Shown: positions 26,601 through 36,646 of the stretch, one piece after another
Layout: every line of letters begins with the position of its first letter
Numbering within the stretch: position 1 is the stretch's first letter
Source of the DNA: Oculina patagonica
Taxonomy: Eukaryota
Length of the DNA: 64,000 nt
NCBI RefSeq assembly: GCF_052425735.1
Contig: NC_135761.1
Span: forward strand, 52,266,001 to 52,330,000
Direction: 5' to 3'
Notes under the pieces: generated by a model
Seen by the model: the letters and a program-made list of their open reading frames with translations, nothing else
Told to the model about the DNA's origin: nothing
Databases searched by the model: none
Program-made: the position numbers and the translations under genes

Positions 26601-29600
26601 CCCCATGAGACTGTACAAGGAACAAACTTGTTAGCTGAACATTATTGAATTCTGAAAGTTATAATAATAGCCTACCACAAAACAACATAGGATCATAGGA
26701 AGTGTTTCCAACAAAAACTTAAATAAATTTACCCTGTTAATATCCAAAAACTTGTGTATAAGTATCAGTACTGTAGTTCTAAACAATTTCAACCTGCATT
26801 GTTAAGTGACTTATAAACATTTCACATCAATCAGCCTTGTGGCTTTAATAATATTAATTTTATCATTGCTAATTAATCTAGCTGGGATTATTAATAAATA
26901 ATCTTTTTTAAATAAATGAATGTGTGTCCAGCAGTAGCAATGAAATATATATATGATAATGCAAATGCGGCCTTACACTACTGAAGACCTGAAAAAATTT
27001 TTCAGGCTCTGAGCGGGAGTCGAACCCACGACCTTTGCGTTGCCAGTGCAATGCTCTACCACTGAGCTATCAAAGCCACATGAGAGCGGTCGTATATGGG
27101 TAATCCCTTTATGGTGGACATGATACTCGGCCCAAGTATATGTGAAATAAATGAATGTGTGTCCAGCAGTAGCAATGAAATATATATATGATAATGCAAA
27201 TGCGGCCTTACACTACTGAAGACCTGAAAAAATTTTTCAGGCTCTGAGCGGGAGTCGAACCCACGACCTTTGCGTTGCCAGTGCAATGCTCTACCACTGA
27301 GCTATCAAAGCCACATGAGAAAAGGGATTACCCATATACGACCGCTCTCATGTGGCTTTGATAGCTCAGTGGTAGAGCATTGCACTGGCAACGCAAAGGT
27401 CGTGGGTTCGACTCCCGCTCAGAGCCTGAAAAATTTTTTTTCAGGTCTTCAGTAGTGTAAGGCCGCATTTGCATTATCATATATATATTTCATTGCTACT
27501 GCTGGACACACATTCATTTATTTCACATATACTTGGGCCGAGTATCATGTCCACCATAAAGGGATTACCCATATACGACCGCTCTCATGTGGCTTTGATA
27601 GCTCAGTGGTAGAGCATTGCACTGGCAACGCAAAGGTCGTGGGTTCGACTCCCGCTCAGAGCCTGAAAAATTTTTTCAGGTCTTCAGTAGTGTAAGGCCG
27701 CATTTGCATTATCATATATATATTTCATTGCTACTGCTGGACACACATTCATTTATTTCACATATACTTGGGCCGAGTATCATGTCCACCATAAAGGGAT
27801 TACCCATATACGACCGCTCTCATGTGGCTTTGATAGCTCAGTGGTAGAGCATTGCACTGGCAACGCAAAGGTCGTGGGTTCGACTCCCGCTCAGAGCCTG
27901 AAAAATTTTTTCAGGTCTTCAGTAGTGTAAGGCCGCATTTGCATTATCATATATATATTTCATTGCTACTGCTGGACACACATTCATTTATTTCACATAT
28001 ACTTGGGCCGAGTATCATGTCCACCATAAAGGGATTACCCATATACGACCGCTCTCATGTGGCTTTGATAGCTCAGTGGTAGAGCATTGCACTGGCAACG
28101 CAAAGGTCGTGGGTTCGACTCCCGCTCAGAGCCTGAAAAATTTTTTCAGGTCTTCAGTAGTGTAAGGCCGCATTTGCATTATCATATATATATTTCATTG
28201 CTACTGCTGGACACACATTCATTTATTTCACATATACTTGGGCCGAGTATCATGTCCACCATAAAGGGATTACCCATATACGACCGCTCTCATGTGGCTT
28301 TGATAGCTCAGTGGTAGAGCATTGCACTGGCAACGCAAAGGTCGTGGGTTCGACTCCCGCTCAGAGCCGGAAAAATTTTTTCAGGTCTTCAGTAGTGTAA
28401 GGCCGCATTTGCATTATCATATATATATTTCATTGCTACTGCTGGACACACATTCATTTATTTCACATATACTTGGGCCGAGTATCATGTCCACCATAAA
28501 GGGATTACCCATATACGACCGCTCTCATGTGGCTTTGATAGCTCAGTGGTAGAGCATTGCACTGGCAACGCAAAGGTCGTGGGTTCGACTCCCGCTCAGA
28601 GCCTGAAAAATTTTTTCAGGTCTTCAGTAGTGTAAGGCCGCATTTGCATTATCATATATATATTTCATTGCTACTGCTGGACACACATTCATTTATTTCA
28701 CATATACTTGGGCCGAGTATCATGTCCACCATAAAGGGATTACCCATATACGACCGCTCTCATGTGGCTTTGATAGCTCAGTGGTAGAGCATTGCACTGG
28801 CAACGCAAAGGTCGTGGGTTCGACTCCCGCTCAGAGCCTGAAAAATTTTTTCAGGTCTTCCGTAGTGTAAGGCCGCATTTGCATTATCATATATATAATC
28901 TTTTTTAAATTTATGCATTTTTTAAAATTTTGCTTTTAACTACGTGTATTTCCTGGTTGATTATAAACGTAAAGTGTCTCAGAGCTACTGTCTCAGAGAA
29001 ATATTTCATCAGATCTTGGGAAGGGATCCCAGATTTCATAACATCCAAAGTGCAAAAAACCCTAAAGTTCTTACCCCTTTTTGTTTGAGAAGATTAGAAA
29101 AGTCCAATTTTCACTTTACCCCCTCCCTCTCCCCTCTCTTCTCCTCATCCTACTCCCCTCTTTGAACTTCTCTGCCTTTACCACTAGCTGTCTATCGTAC
29201 ACAGTTCACCATTAAATACATTTCAAAACACATATGGTCACTAACTTGTAAAACTTCACCAACTAACTCCCCACCATGTCTATTGCTGTTTTCATCAAGC
29301 TAGGAGTAAAAAAGGCATTATTATTGTCATATTATGAATATATGTGGCTTTGGGCCTGGAAGAATATGTCAACCTAATGTAGACTTCCATTTCCCTTTTA
29401 ACCCATGCCAGGTTTGCAGATTATTTGGATAAAGCATTTTATTTAGCAATAATTATCCCAGTTGGATTAATTCACTTAATTAAATATCACTCTGGTTACC
29501 ATGAAAGTAATGCATTTTGGCTAAAAATGCAGAAGCCACAGAAAGCTAGCTCGACCGTACCCCCTGCAAACAGGGGACAAAATCCACTTCCTTTCCGGGT

Positions 29601-29947
29601 CCTTAGTATTTTTTGACTGGAGTAAGAGATTTTAAAATGCATAACATAAAATTCTTAAATCAATAAAAATTGCAAGCATAAGCCGTTTATGCCAATCTCG
29701 ATGGTCTCAAGAAAAAAATATAATTGCAAAATATTAGTCATGTGACAAATCTGTTCACATCGATCCATTTACAATTTTCAAGCGAAGAAAAAATAAACTT
29801 TCCATGAAAAAAAAACACTGAAAACTTTCCTACCTTGTAAATGTACCTGTGCAAGATTCTAAGTTTGTATACAAGGAGAGTAATCAAGCCAACAAGGGCT
29901 GTAACAAGACTCATAAACACCGCACAAAATACAGTCAACTCCTCCAT
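17613..29947 (-). CDS. ILVBL: 2-hydroxyacyl-CoA lyase 2 / acetolactate synthase-like protein (ThDP enzyme), ~19 coding exons
   Basis: N-terminal membrane anchor ([27 protein letters not shown]); RHGGELV; [12 protein letters not shown]; DTRHE; [23 protein letters not shown]; [10 protein letters not shown]; [41 protein letters not shown]; ThDP motif GDGS...GND; C-terminus DFRQGSISV*. Confidence 0.95.
18241..18512 (+). mobile_element. tRNA-derived SINE (second family; inverted copy at ~53310-53601)
   Basis: A-box-like gcgtggccaagagg and B-box-like gggtcaaacc; the body matches the reverse complement of 53310-53601. Confidence 0.6.
19400..19971. mobile_element. Foldback MITE with long near-perfect TIRs, AATT flanks, nested in an older repeat
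   Basis: ggctgttccgaggttgcgcagggaactggggcgagtttcaaattttaagtaatcgataa... is mirrored at the right end; the arms stay similar for more than 200 bp. Confidence 0.8.
21334..21651. mobile_element. Palindromic MITE (CATTCTCGTCCCC TIR), apparently nested in another short element
   Basis: cattctcgtcccccgag ... ctctggggacgagaatg, flanked by ctgctgtttg / ctgctgttca. Confidence 0.65.
24430..25045 (-). mobile_element. 5'-truncated Penelope-like retroelement (C-terminal GIY-YIG endonuclease + 3' end) in an ILVBL intron
   Basis: Minus-strand frame reads [10 protein letters not shown]...[36 protein letters not shown]...[19 protein letters not shown], the typical PLE GIY-YIG pattern. It is followed by a hammerhead motif. 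Element boundaries are approximate. Confidence 0.85.
24497..24539 (-). ncRNA. Minimal type I hammerhead ribozyme (PLE-associated)
   Basis: Minus strand ACUACA CUGAAGA G GACCG UUA CGGUC GAAA GGCC UA UGUAGU: stem I, CUGANGA core, stem II, GAAA, palindromic GGCC stem III and a UH cleavage site. Confidence 0.85.
26911..28894. repeat. Tandem array of a 235-bp tRNA-containing unit: ~1.7 inverted units (26911-27320) + ~6.7 direct units (27321-28894), flanked by a 16-bp direct repeat
   Basis: Near-identical units at a 235-bp period; ataatcttttttaaat at 26898-26913 and 28895-28910. Confidence 0.95.
27355..27426 (+). tRNA. tRNA-like gene, anticodon GGC (Ala-like, probably SINE/pseudo-tRNA). Further copies at 27592, 27827, 28062, 28297, 28532, 28767 (+) and 27006-27076, 27241-27311 (-)
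   Basis: Cloverleaf: acceptor GCTTTGA/TCAGAGC; D-arm GCTC-AGTGGTA-GAGC; anticodon arm TTGCA-CTGGCAA-CGCAA (one mismatch); T-arm GTGGG-TTCGACT-CCCGC. Intact A and B boxes; downstream T-run. Confidence 0.7.
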
Positions 29948-30163
29948 TTTCTATTTCCACTGGGAGGGTTGAGACTGGAACTAATGGGACATCCCGCTGA
30001 CTACATAAAAACGCATTTACAGTTGGTTTCCAGTCCAAACACGGTCGACATGGCGGCGACCTGGCTGGCGTTCTTGTAGTGGAAGTTGAACGGCTTTGTG
30101 CAATTAATTTATCTTATGTTATTCACTGATAGTCGTCAAATTGTCACGTCATTTAGACGCAGA
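29948..30163. promoter_or_regulatory. Probable bidirectional promoter of ILVBL and TYW2
   Basis: Only 216 bp separate the divergent ATGs; YY1-like acatggcgg at ~30048 and a CRE-like cacgtca at ~30145. Confidence 0.6.
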
Positions 30164-33100
30164 ATGGCCTGGGTTTATGTCACATCAAAGAAGAATGCCC
30201 AAAAAGCAAAGTAAGTCATGAAATGGCTAGAATGGTGCAAAAGCTATTTACGACCAAACTACTAGGTCCACTAGACTGCTGAAGTTTTGCTTTAAGCCAT
30301 ATATTTTTTTATTTTTATGGATTAAATGGATATAACTTATCAAAATTATCTTCCTAATCCAGGTGGTAAACATATTCAGATTATGTTATCTTTTTTTGAA
30401 AACTGTAACTGAAACCAGCAGTGTATGAGATATGGAACAGAGGGGGTGAGGAGGGGGTGGTTTAAGGTCAGTTGTAAAGACCCGTGACAGGTCTGGTGGA
30501 TTTCCCCTTGTCAAGATCCTAAGATCCTTACTTCCTCTGTCCCCACTCCAATTGTTGGATTGTTGGAACAGAAAGGGAATCCCCTTTATCACTCTCACTT
30601 TACCATCACTTTTTTTGTTCTGTGGAGAAAGTGGAGGGGGATGTGGGGTCTGAACCTCCCACCTCCTGTGCCTTTTACTCTACACAGCAGTCAAACGCCG
30701 TGCGTGTGTGCAGTTCCTGCGCAATTCCCGCCAAATTCTCCATACAAAGTCTTCAACTTTCCGAAAGCTTTCGCTTAAAGCCAAAAGGTTATGCCCTCCC
30801 TGGAAAGTTAAGGTTTATACGCTGCTTATGAATTGGAAATTTGATAACTGATCTCCACTGAGTTTCCTGGCTTGAAATTTTCTTTCACCATACTATTTCT
30901 ATAACAATTTCTTACCAATGTTTGCACACTTTGGAGTCAAATTTAGATAAGAGTTCATCCATTTCCTTGTTAAATGACGATTTATTCGAGCATAACAAAT
31001 CCGAATGATGAACGACTACAAATAACTACACGTGAGGTTTGACCGGGCTAGTCCCAGTCTCTACTTGACATGACATGACACGTCCGGGCTAGTCCCAGTC
31101 TCTATAAAGGTTGACCACATATTTCTCTATCTCCCCCCAAGTCTTTAGTGTTCCTTGCAATTTTAACAGTGCATAGAGTTGTCGGTAAAGACTGATAATA
31201 ACAAAACAATGGAGTATATATAACAGTGTGCATAGTTCAAGTTCATAGTTCAATTTTTCCTTTCTTGTTGTAGTCCCTGAGCCTCTGTAAAGCTAAGGGG
31301 ACTTTCTTCTTAGCGGGGCCTGTGGCTGGGCTGGCTTCAGGCAAAACTGGTGCTGGGGTTGCTTCAGGCAAAACTGGTCCTGAGGTAGCGGCCGGTTGTG
31401 GTTCTGTTCCAGGGGGTTGTGGTATCGCACAAATCCCTGCTTTTGTGGCTCAGGGCTGCTGGGTTTGGTGGTTCGGCTGCATTGGTAGGCTGGTTTGTCG
31501 GAGTCGGGGGTCTTGGTGTGGAGGGTGTGGCTTTGACTGTTGTACCTGCAGGTCTGAGATCATCACTTAGTAGGCGAGGTGGGAGTCTGGCCTGGACTGG
31601 TACATACTTGCGGAGGAATTTGCGGTTTCTGAGTGTCATTCTTCCAGAACCATCAACACGTGTGATGTATTGGTCGAATTGTTTTACTTCCCCGTGATGA
31701 CCCCTATCTTGTCCCACCGCGTTGGGTGGGGTCCGGTCTGGTTCTGGATTCTGACATGGTCCCCTACGGCTAGGGGAGGGAGCCTTTTGGTGTGCTCAGC
31801 CCACCTCTCTGATGCTTGTATGTGGCGGTTTCTCAGGGCTTCTTCCCTCAAAGCGAGGGTGTCACGCCATGTTGGGTGTGGGATGTAGCGCCCAGGGATG
31901 ACAGGTATGAAATCCTTGATAGGTTTTCCGAAGACACATTGTGCAGGGGATAGCTTGGTGTTTGGGTTGGGGGTGTTACGGTACTGCAAGATGGCCTGCT
32001 GGAATGCGTTGGTGTTAAGGTTGCCTTGTGGGTCTGTGTTATTTGTGATTAGCCTCTTGACGGTTTTCACCCCTATCTCAGCCCTGCAGTTGGAGTGTGG
32101 GAATGCAACGGACGAGAGGGGATGGTGTACCCCCCAGTCTTTCAAAAGCTGCTGGGTGGCGTGTGCATTGAACTGTGGTCCTCCATCGGTGGCGCATTCG
32201 TCTGGGATGCCGTATGTGGCAAAGGTACGTCTAAGGCATTCGATAAGGCCAGCAGAGCCTTCGCGTCCTCTTTCGACGATGGGCCAGTTGGAGTATCTGT
32301 CCACTATGAGTAGTGAGTAGGTAATTGACGCCTTTGTGCTGAAAATAATCAGCACAAATGCATTGGAATGGGTATGCTGGTGCCAGTTTTTATCCTAGAG
32401 CTTCATAGTCTTGTGGGTGGATGGAGACGTTAAGCGAGATGTGTGGCTGTGGCTTTGATGCTCGTCGGACCCAGCAATCATTCATGTTGTTGTATAGGTG
32501 ATGGTCCAAAGCAATACCGTAGGTGGCCTCGTGGTCTTCCCTGGCGACGCTGCATAGGCTGTCGAAGATGGCGCCTTCCGCTTGTCTGTTCGTGCTGGCG
32601 GTGTTTGACAATCCTGGCTGGGGCAGCTTGTTGGTGCTCTGGCATGCTGTTGCAAAGTGGTTCTGGCGGCCACATAGTCGACAAATGGTGCCGAAAGCCG
32701 GGCACTCTTGCTTTCGTATTTTGGCGGAGGTTTTGTGGCCATGGCCTAGTTTACCGCAGTAATGACAGGGCTCGCTGTTGAGTTTGTTGTTAGGTTTGTC
32801 ATGAGGCTTTCGACTGGGGTTCTGCTGCTTGCGGTATTGACTTCGCATTGCCTCCGCGCCTTGGGTGTGAAGGAGGCGCCCTGCCGACCGCTTGCCAGAC
32901 TCTTTGGCCTCCACATATTGTAAAACTTCTTCCAATGTCATGTCTTGATGTTTCTCCCCGAGCAGGTCTAATTGGATTTCGTCATCCACCAGGCCTCGGG
33001 TGATGACATCTCGAAGGACGTTTTCCGTGATGTTGACGTCTTTGTCACAATCAGGGCATTTGACGAGAAATTTACATACACCGGCTTGGCCGCGGAGGCG

Positions 33101-36100
33101 GGCACAGAAGTTCCTTATCGTCTCATCTCTATCTTGCCTCATGTTGTGCAGTTGGACCCTGGCCACCATGGCGTTTTCTTCTCTGACTGCGAGCTTTTTA
33201 ATTGCCTCTAGGACTTCCTCTACCGTTTTGTTGGTCAAGGAGCCGCCTGCATTGCGTGTCAGGTCTTTCCTCAGTTGTTCTTCGCAACATTCGAGGAGTT
33301 GGATCACTTTGTCCTTGCCTTGTACCTTCATTGCCTCAGCGTAGTCCGTCCAACGTGTCATGAAGTATGACCACTCTTCGCTCATTCCAGCGCTCGAAAT
33401 TGTAGGTCGGCGAACTTTCTCGATCCTCGCGCATGGACGGAAATAAGTACAGCAGCTAGCTCGTCTGCGACGTTGCCGGTCTCATAGACACACTCGGGGA
33501 AGGGGCACTTGTGTTTCGGCATCGTTTTGGCCAGTCGAAAGTCACGTGGGATTGAAGAATTCGCTTGCGGTAAAATCCAAGATGGCCGCCATTACGTTTC
33601 GCCGACGTTTTCGTCTCGTAGTTCGCCGATTGTCCTCGTTAATGGCTTGTTTTTCCGCGAGATGTTTCTCTTGTGGGTTTCCAAAGGCTGTAGTCGTTCA
33701 TCATAGATAAGAGTTCATCCATTTCCTTGTTAAATGACGATTTATTCGAGCATAACAAATCCGAATGATGAACGACTACAAATAACTACACGTGAGGTTT
33801 GACCGGGCTAGTCGCAGTCTCTACTTGACATGACATGACACGTCCGGGCTAGTCCCAGTCTCTATAAAGGTTGACCACATATTTCTCTAAAATTCTCGAG
33901 GCGGCGAAGACCGGAGATGACATCATTTTTGCGTTTGGCGCTGTGAACTTTTACTTTCGCCTCCTGTATTTTTTCTCCCGCCTCCCACCCCTTTCCATAG
34001 CCATTCTCTCCTCTTTGTCCCATATCTATTGTGAAATATATTGAAATGTTGTGAAATTTTACTTGTAGTCTCCCGGATCCGACCACCTTAGGAGTCCTGC
34101 TTCCTGCCTTCTTTTCTCCCGCTTCCTGCCCCTTTCCCCCCCGACCCTTCCCCTGTCCCCCTCCACAAGAAAGGTCCCAGGAGAAAGACACCTTTACCCC
34201 CCCCCCCCCCACTTTGAGATCCCCCGGACCTTGCACAGATCGTGTATACATACTTGACACACACTTAATCAATAATGTTTTTTCTTTGCCAGGAAATGTT
34301 TGGAGGAGAAAGGATATTATGGTAAAGAAAGAAAAGTGGCAAGGTACACAGAAGAGGAAGTAGCGATTCCAATCAAACAAGGACTGGCTGAACTTTTAAA
34401 AAATGAAATTACAGGAGGAGCTGAGAAATCTTTGTTACTTTCCATTGAAGGGAGGATTGAACAAGGTGGTGAACATGCAGTTAATATAAGACAACACAAA
34501 GTATCCCCCCAAGAAAAACTAAAGCTTGCTATTGAGAACTTGTTACAAATGAAAAGTGTGACATTTGATGGGCTCTTACAAAAGGATATTCCTCATCACT
34601 GGGAGCAGCATGGAGACCTCATTCTATTACCAGAGAATAGCTTCACTTTGGACAAATGGAAACTTTTTGGTGAGGAGCTATGGCAAGTTGTCGCAAAGAG
34701 TTTAGGTGCAGCCAGACTTGCCAAGAAATCAACTATAAACAATGATGGTTTTAGAACTCCCAAAGTGAGCCTGCTTCTCGGTGATAATGGATGGGTGACT
34801 CACACTGATAATGGTATAAAGTACACCTTCGATGTCACTAAATGCATGTTTTCTTCAGGAAATATAACAGAAAAGATCCGAGTTGGAAATTTTGACTGTA
34901 ATGGTCAAACTGTTGTTGATCTTTATGCGGGCATTGGTTACTTTGTTTTGCCGTATCTTGTCCATTCTAAAGCTGCCATAGTTTATGCTTGTGAATGGAA
35001 TGAAAATGCTATACAAGCTTTGAAGAGAAACCTGCAGTTAAATGGTGTTGATAAACAGTGTGTCATATATGAAGGAGACAATCAGAAGGTAACAAGTAGA
35101 CTATTAAAGTATATTTTGTTTTATACATGTAGCTTATAGCAATAACCAGAGAGTGGTTACTTTCCTAATCACCTTCATGTTGGTAATTGTACAGAACATT
35201 ATGGGTGAGTCTTCTTTCATGCAGACAGTCTGTCGTCTGTCTGTCTGTCTGTCTGTCTGTGTATCTGTGAGTCTGTTTGTCTGTCAGTTGGTTTGACAAT
35301 CAGAGAAATAGTCAATCAAGGTACATGTATGAATCAGTCAGTAGGCAGGCTGTCTAGCTGATAGTCATTCAGTCAGCTTTTTAGATTGCCAGATAATTAG
35401 ACAACCAACTAGTGAGATAATCAATAAGACAGTCATTCGGTCAGTCTGTCAGTCATTCATTCAGTCAGTCAGTCAGTTACAGAGTCAGTCGTTTGGTTGG
35501 ACGGTTCAGTGTTAGGTCAGTCAGCCAGTCAGTCAGTCTCGCATCTAATGAACCATGTCTTCTTTGGTTTAAAATCACTTTGACCTGTCCCAACTATTTT
35601 TTTTAATTTAGTTCCCTCTTCAAGGAGTGGCAGATCACGTCAATCTTGGCCTCATCCCATCTAGTGAGGCTGGGTGGCCTGTGGCTTGTGCTGCACTGCG
35701 CTCTGACAAAGGAGGCTGGCTGCATGTACATGGCAATGTTACGTCAGGTCTAACACACAGTGAAAGAACAGTTTCTATGCTATCTTCAACAGAAACATCT
35801 TTCTTAACTTATGTAACAAAGAATCCTAGCACAGCAAGCTTCCAATCTCCTTTACATTGCTCTGAAGTTGCAGCTAGCTGTGACCATTCTCCCGTAGAAA
35901 ACAATGAGATGCCTTCTTGTAACAAGAAAATGAAGGCAGAGTGGTTAGACTGGGGCAAGTATGTGTCGCAAACTATGTTGCAACATCTGAAAAAATCACA
36001 CGACAGCCAAAACTGGAATGTCCATATAAGGCATATTGAACACGTCAAGTCATATGCGCCTCACATTGATCATGTTGTGTTAGATGTGGAGTGCCGTCCT

Positions 36101-36124
36101 GTAAAATTATGTAAATTGAACTAA
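30164..36124 (+). CDS. TRMT12: tRNA wybutosine-synthesizing protein 2 homolog (exons 30164-30210, 34293-35088, 35612-36124)
   Basis: HWEQHGDLILLP, YTFDVTKCMFSSGNITEKIR, SAM motif VVDLYAGIGYF, ADHVNLGLIPSS, HVKSYAPHIDHVVLDVECRP. Exon phases are consistent. Confidence 0.93.
31364..32385 (-). pseudogene. Retrotransposon integrase core + C-terminus, frameshifted
   Basis: PAYPFQCICADYF (alternative frame), IVDRYSNWP, TDGGPQF, PHSNCRAEIGVKTVKR, LQYRNTP, RNRKFLR. Frameshifts at a ctactca duplication (~32310) and near 31690. Confidence 0.85.
32390..33385 (-). CDS. Retrotransposon Gag (two CCHC zinc knuckles), truncated where the protease should start
   Basis: EEWSYFMTRW, QDRDETIRNFCARLR, CHYCGKLGH...C and CPAFGTICRLCGRQNHFATAC. 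Confidence 0.85.
   Translation of the reverse strand: MSEEWSYFMTRWTDYAEAMKVQGKDKVIQLLECCEEQLRKDLTRNAGGSLTNKTVEEVLEAIKKLAVREENAMVARVQLHNMRQDRDETIRNFCARLRGQAGVCKFLVKCPDCDKDVNITENVLRDVITRGLVDDEIQLDLLGEKHQDMTLEEVLQYVEAKESGKRSAGRLLHTQGAEAMRSQYRKQQNPSRKPHDKPNNKLNSEPCHYCGKLGHGHKTSAKIRKQECPAFGTICRLCGRQNHFATACQSTNKLPQPGLSNTASTNRQAEGAIFDSLCSVAREDHEATYGIALDHHLYNNMNDCWVRRASKPQPHISLNVSIHPQDYEALG
35225..35540. repeat. Degenerate (GTCT/GTCA)n tetranucleotide repeat in TYW2 intron 2
   Basis: Runs of ctgt and cagt. Confidence 0.8.
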
Positions 36125-36646
36125 TTTATGAAAATGAAAAAAAAAAAACATAGGATATTAAGTACTTGGCTGAAGAAGGTTTGGTAAAAGAATAGACTAG
36201 TTACCCAATTAAAAGTTTTGTGGACAGTTAAAGGGTGGACAGAAATAAGGAACGGCTTGTTGTATCCTGATCGCTTATTTATCACTGTGAAAATCTCACC
36301 TAACTTTGGCAGGCATAAATAAGTAAGTATTTGGAGCAATAATTGCGTTTGTTACATGTCAGATGATAAAGGCATGGTTGAAGCAATTACTGTGAGGCCG
36401 ACATTGTGGCCAGAAAAGAGGAGAATAAAGAACTTATTTGGGACACTTATCTGTGCATTACAGGGATTATATGTTTTTTTTTCCGCGGACGATTGTAAAA
36501 GGGAACTCTTCGCGCAAAAAATCTTAATCATTTTTTATTTTTTTTTTACTACAAAATAAAAAGACAATTTAGACTTTTGTCCATGTAGTATGATATTTAT
36601 TTTAGGCGGTGTGATATCGTTTCACAACTTGATTCATTTTGCGCTG

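Larger units (their letters stand above)
30944..33889 (-). mobile_element. Internally deleted Gypsy-type LTR retrotransposon in TYW2 intron 1
   Basis: 186-bp LTRs at 30944-31129 and 33704-33889 (one mismatch seen); 5-bp TSD aaatt; polypurine tract (minus strand cttggggggaga) next to the 3' LTR; gag and integrase remnants. Confidence 0.95.

Noticed and set aside
27056-28787. Six identical 76-aa ORFs ([10 protein letters not shown]...)
   Set aside because: They are by-products of the 235-bp repeat, start at TTG and overlap the tRNA-like sequence.
26911-28894. CRISPR array or hammerhead retrozyme
   Set aside because: The units are identical with no variable spacers. The minus-strand CTGAAGA + hairpin is not followed by GAAA, so there is no hammerhead core.
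35745-35930. Ser/Thr-rich insertion in the TYW2 C-terminal domain
   Set aside because: A low-complexity variable loop at a position that is commonly variable in this family; not evidently novel.
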